DNA of 8,488 nucleotides from a virus (Duplodnaviria; Heunggongvirae; Uroviricota; Caudoviricetes): IMG/VR virus record IMGVR_UViG_2531839449_000010, positions 1 to 8,488 of that record; one strand, 5' to 3'. Shown piece by piece: positions 6,555 to 8,488 of this stretch (position 1 is its first letter; each line of letters starts with the position of its first letter). The notes under the pieces were generated by a model. It saw only the letters and a program-made list of their open reading frames with translations, ran no database searches and was not told where the DNA came from. The position numbers and the translations under genes were made by a program.

Positions 6555-7376
6555 TCACACTGAGAACGTGCCGATGAAGGTTAAGATATCTTCTTCTTCG
6601 AAACGCTCTTTCAGCAGGTCACGGAACTCTTTGGCAATTTCTTCTTCCGCAGCTTCAACACGCACGATACGTAGCACCAGAACAGGCTGTTCGCTTGTCA
6701 GAATGCTTAATCGCAGCGTGAATTCCCTGTTGCCCAGGCCCTCGTATGGGATGCATTCAAAGCGGAAAGTGGCAGGCATGATTTCTTTGCTTTTAGCCTC
6801 CACGGACTCCATGACTGAGCGGCTACCGCTGAAGTTTTGCTCTTCATATTCAGCACTGCGTTTTGCATCGATGGTAAGACGACGGACAGCAGAGATAGCC
6901 TGTTTGATGTCCAGCACATTACCGTCGCTGTCATAGGCTGTGAGGAAGTCGGCCCAGTCTTCCAGCCATTCAGCGAGAGACTTCTGGAGTTGTTTTTTGC
7001 CGTCAACGTCACGCAATGCGCGATATGGTGATGTGGCTTTCAGTTCCAGCAGTGCCTTGTTGTCAGCGTGTCCAGGTTGCTCCAGAGTGCCGATATTGAA
7101 CACAGTGACTGCTTTCATCGTTTCCGCGTTAATGAAGCAGCGGGAGTGCTCATCGGCATACCCTTTGCTGTATTCAACAAAGTCATCAATACTGGTTGTG
7201 GTCATGACTCCACGGAAACGAAAACGTTCTGTCATGAATCGTTCCAGACTTTCGATATTTACATTGTCCGGCAATAACGCAACAGGGCATTCCGTAAGCG
7301 GCAAATTTTCACCAGAAAAAGCAGTAGTGGTGAGTTTTACAATTTCTTTAATGGCATTGCTATCTAACTGAGACAT
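6555..7376 (-). CDS. DUF2303 / YfdQ-like prophage protein (273 aa)
   Basis: Complete ORF starting MSQLDSNAIKEIVKLTTTAF..., which I tentatively recognise as the YfdQ (CPS-53 prophage) family. That is recall, not a search. Weak AAAGG Shine-Dalgarno upstream. Confidence 0.5.
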   Translation of the reverse strand: MSQLDSNAIKEIVKLTTTAFSGENLPLTECPVALLPDNVNIESLERFMTERFRFRGVMTTTSIDDFVEYSKGYADEHSRCFINAETMKAVTVFNIGTLEQPGHADNKALLELKATSPYRALRDVDGKKQLQKSLAEWLEDWADFLTAYDSDGNVLDIKQAISAVRRLTIDAKRSAEYEEQNFSGSRSVMESVEAKSKEIMPATFRFECIPYEGLGNREFTLRLSILTSEQPVLVLRIVRVEAAEEEIAKEFRDLLKERFEEEDILTFIGTFSV

Positions 7377-7439
7377 GTATATTTACCTTTAATTTATGGA
7401 TTTGGGGATAATGCGCGAGCGTTTTAAGGCGGGGATTAT

Positions 7440-7787
7440 TCAGCGTAAAACAGCGTCATGTTGACCCTGTTTATCGAAAAGCTGTCCCTGGTCTTTCTGG
7501 AACAAAGTAAGCTCACCACCTTTATTTACAAACATCGGGGTGTTAGTTGTGTCTTCTTCTGATTTACTACCACGCATTGTCGGGCGTGTGAATTTTAGTT
7601 TATGGGAAACTGATACGCGATTTTCATCAAGTGAAGATAATTCGAATTCAACACATACCTTTCCTTTTTTGTTTGTGCTGTTTACGCCAAAGGCAACTTC
7701 ACTTAATACCGCGCCAAGTTTGTTAACAAATACCCCGCCGTCGAGGTCGTTAATGAAAACATTAACATCAGTTTGATGCTGGTTCAT
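7440..7787 (-). CDS. hypothetical protein (115 aa), AT-rich; first gene after the right-hand IS
   Basis: ATG at 7785..7787 with GGAG at a 6-nt spacing. Hand count gives about 39% GC for 7501..7800. No family recognised. Confidence 0.55.
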   Translation of the reverse strand: MNQHQTDVNVFINDLDGGVFVNKLGAVLSEVAFGVNSTNKKGKVCVEFELSSLDENRVSVSHKLKFTRPTMRGSKSEEDTTNTPMFVNKGGELTLFQKDQGQLFDKQGQHDAVLR

Positions 7788-7941
7788 ATTAATATCTCCG
7801 TGTAGAGGTGTGTTAAGGCTTCAGTTGTTCACTGCATTTAAAGCCTGGTTTTGTTTGTGAATTAAAAACTATCGCTGCCGTACTGCCTGAACCGCCCCGG
7901 AAATCCTGGAGACTAAACTCCCTGAGAAAGAGGTAAACAGG

Positions 7942-8268
7942 ATGACTAAAAATACTCGTTTTTCCCCCGAAGTCCGTCAGCGGGCGATTCGTATGGTTCT
8001 GGAAAGTCAGGATGAATATGACTCACAGTGGGCGGCAATTTGTTCCATTGCCCCAAAGATTGGCTGTACGCCGGAGACTCTGCGTGTCTGGGTTCGCCAG
8101 CATGAGCGGGATACCGGGGGCGGTGATGGTGGGCTCACCAGCGCTGAACGTCAGCGTCTGAAAGAGCTGGAACGTGAAAATCGTGAACTGCGCCGCAGTA
8201 ACGATATCCTTCGCCAGGCTTCCGCTTATTTTGCGAAGGCGGAGTTCGACCGCCTCTGGAAAAAATGA
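7942..8268 (+). CDS. IS3-family transposase OrfA
   Basis: 108-aa ORF identical in protein sequence to 392..718. AGG at 7927..7929, 9 nt upstream of the ATG, is a possible Shine-Dalgarno. Confidence 0.9.
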   Translation: MTKNTRFSPEVRQRAIRMVLESQDEYDSQWAAICSIAPKIGCTPETLRVWVRQHERDTGGGDGGLTSAERQRLKELERENRELRRSNDILRQASAYFAKAEFDRLWKK

Positions 8269-8488
8269 TGCCACTGCTGGATAAGCTGCGTGAGCAGTAC
8301 GGGGTCGGACCGGTATGCAGCGAACTGCATATTGCCCCGTCAACGTATTACCATTGTCAGCAACAGCGACATCATCCGGATAAACGCAGTGCCCGTGCGC
8401 AGCACGACGACTGGCTGAAGAGAGAGATACAGCGCGTATACGATGAAAATCATCAGGTGTACGGTGTGCGTAAAGTCTGGCGTCAGTT
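8265..8488 (+). CDS. IS3-family transposase OrfB, N-terminal part only (runs off the window)
   Basis: -1 frame relative to orfA. Hand translation from 8265 gives [74 protein letters not shown]. Confidence 0.8.
   Translation, partial: MMPLLDKLREQYGVGPVCSELHIAPSTYYHCQQQRHHPDKRSARAQHDDWLKREIQRVYDENHQVYGVRKVWRQ

Larger units (their letters stand above)
7888..8488 (+). mobile_element. IS3-family insertion sequence, IS629/IS1203/IS3411-like, partial copy running off the right window edge; IRL faces the interior
   Basis: Begins TGAACCGCCCCGGAAATCCTGGAGACTAAACTCC at 7888. orfA starts 54 nt in. A6 run and orfA stop are followed by a -1 frame orfB. Mirror image of 1..772. Confidence 0.85.

Noticed and set aside
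7817-7849. Inverted repeat AGGCTT ... AAGCCT followed by a T-rich run
   Set aside because: The loop is 19 nt and the T-run is on the non-coding (plus) strand, so this is unlikely to be a functional terminator for any gene here.
7788-7887. Possible sigma-70 promoter for the first gene (TTCACA ... TTAAAT on the minus strand)
   Set aside because: The best match has a 14-nt spacer and the alternative has a poor -35. It is not convincing without a transcription start-site map.
1-8488. CRISPR arrays, tRNA or rRNA genes
   Set aside because: I found no regularly spaced direct repeats and nothing resembling a tRNA or rRNA; this is by eye, not by a dedicated scan. The only long repeat is the IS pair.

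Overview
The window holds about 7.1 kb of a lambdoid-prophage accessory operon (773..7887), bracketed by two inverted, window-truncated copies of an IS3-family insertion sequence that I recognise from memory as IS629/IS1203/IS3411-like (1..772 minus strand; 7888..8488 plus strand). All 14 interior genes are on the minus strand and tightly packed, with ATGA/GTGA start-stop overlaps typical of a phage early operon. Recognisable products are an MT-A70 DNA methyltransferase whose 3' end is replaced by the IS, a DUF551-like protein, two tandem Ead/Ea22-like paralogs, a PAPS-reductase-like PP-loop protein and a DUF2303/YfdQ-like protein. The rest are small cysteine-rich or unrecognised proteins, including two AT-rich genes (about 37-39% GC by hand count). 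I see no tRNA, rRNA or CRISPR array. I cannot demonstrate a novel system from sequence alone; the best candidates are the uncharacterised block 5049..7787 and the methyltransferase/terminator arrangement at the operon's distal end. All family assignments are from motifs and recall, not database searches.
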